This document shows positions 15,415-15,838 of a stretch of 15,838 bases of DNA, one piece after another. Position 1 is the first letter of the stretch; each line of letters starts with the position of its first letter. Source of the stretch: a bacterium. Lineage in GTDB: Bacteria; Zhuqueibacterota; Zhuqueibacteria; Oceanimicrobiales; Oceanimicrobiaceae. Location: NCBI GenBank assembly GCA_046758365.1, contig JBHIAC010000075.1:1-15838 (forward strand), given 5' to 3'. The notes beneath the pieces are model-generated. The model saw only the letters and a list, made by a program, of their open reading frames with translations. It did not search any database and was not told the DNA's origin. The position numbers and the translations under genes were made by a program.

Positions 15415-15838
15415 ATGGCAAAAGAATCTAAAAACCTATTTGGTAGCGGTAAGATCAAGATTTTAATTGGAGGGGCGTTACTGGCTGTCATCTTAATTGT
15501 GTATTTTGCTATCGAGGGCTTCCCACCCTCCAGAGAGGATGTTACAGGTACGATAGGCGGAGTAAAGAAAGCAGAAAAATATCGCGTTGAACAAATGACA
15601 GACAAGGATGTTATCTTACAAAATCCTGAATTTCAGAAATTGCTGCAAAGTGATGTATTTCACAAATTGATTCTGGATCCTGACTTCAAGAATCTGTTGT
15701 CGGATGAATCGTTTGCCAATTTGTTGTCGGATGAATCGTTCAGGAATTTTCTGTCGGATGAATCGTTCAGGAACCTCATGGCAGATGAATCGTTCAGGAA
15801 TTTTCTGTCAGATGAGTCGTTCAAGAATCTGTTGTCGG
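15415..15838 (+). CDS. Membrane-anchored hypothetical protein with 9-aa tandem repeats; 3'-partial and not in the ORF track
   Basis: RBS AGGAGGT, ATG at 15415, open to the window end: MAKESKNLFGSGKIKILIGGALLAVILIVYFAIEGFPPSREDVTGTIGGVKKAEKYRVEQMTDKDVILQNPEFQKLLQSDVFHKLILDPDFKNLLSDESFANLLSDESFRNFLSDESFRNLMADESFRNFLSDESFKNLLS... Confidence 0.9.
   Translation, partial: MAKESKNLFGSGKIKILIGGALLAVILIVYFAIEGFPPSREDVTGTIGGVKKAEKYRVEQMTDKDVILQNPEFQKLLQSDVFHKLILDPDFKNLLSDESFANLLSDESFRNFLSDESFRNLMADESFRNFLSDESFKNLLS
15676..15838 (+). repeat. 27-bp coding tandem repeat, at least 6 units
   Basis: Units start at 15676, 15703, 15730, 15757, 15784 and 15811; consensus approximately GATGAATCGTTCAGGAATYTKYTGTCG. 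Two degenerate units precede them at 15622 and 15649. Confidence 0.95.

Noticed and set aside
15399..15605. 68-aa minus-strand ORF
   Set aside because: Antisense to the RBS-supported 15415 gene.
15676..15838. 27-bp repeats as a CRISPR array
   Set aside because: Units are contiguous with no unique spacers, keep the reading frame and vary like codons; no cas genes are present.

Overview
Bacterial genomic window with all credible genes on the + strand. In order: (1) the 3' end of an AAA+ ATPase/DUF4143-type gene; (2) a broken Ser/Thr kinase-TM-TPR gene that lacks its N-lobe, carries an in-frame palindromic element, and has an internal deletion/frameshift; (3) a catabolic-looking cluster of an exported MlrC/M81 metallopeptidase, an APC amino-acid permease, an amidohydrolase-2, and an IorA/IorB-like 2Fe-2S plus Tat-exported molybdoenzyme pair; (4) an intact kinase-TM-TolB-like-TPR receptor gene bracketed by three copies of a 107-bp CTAG-ended MITE-like element with an IHF-like core, one copy holding a 30-bp hairpin insertion; (5) a small cupredoxin-like protein ending in a DPEIIV motif; (6) an AT-rich module of RsbW-like, STAS, ECF sigma and membrane anti-sigma genes, followed by a membrane-anchored protein with 9-aa/27-bp tandem repeats that runs off the window and is absent from the ORF track. 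A bipartite motif (CCAACTTTT-N11-TTGTA) occurs with identical spacing before the sigma gene and before the repeat-protein gene, suggesting the repeat protein is the ECF target. All family calls come from motif recognition by eye; no searches were run.
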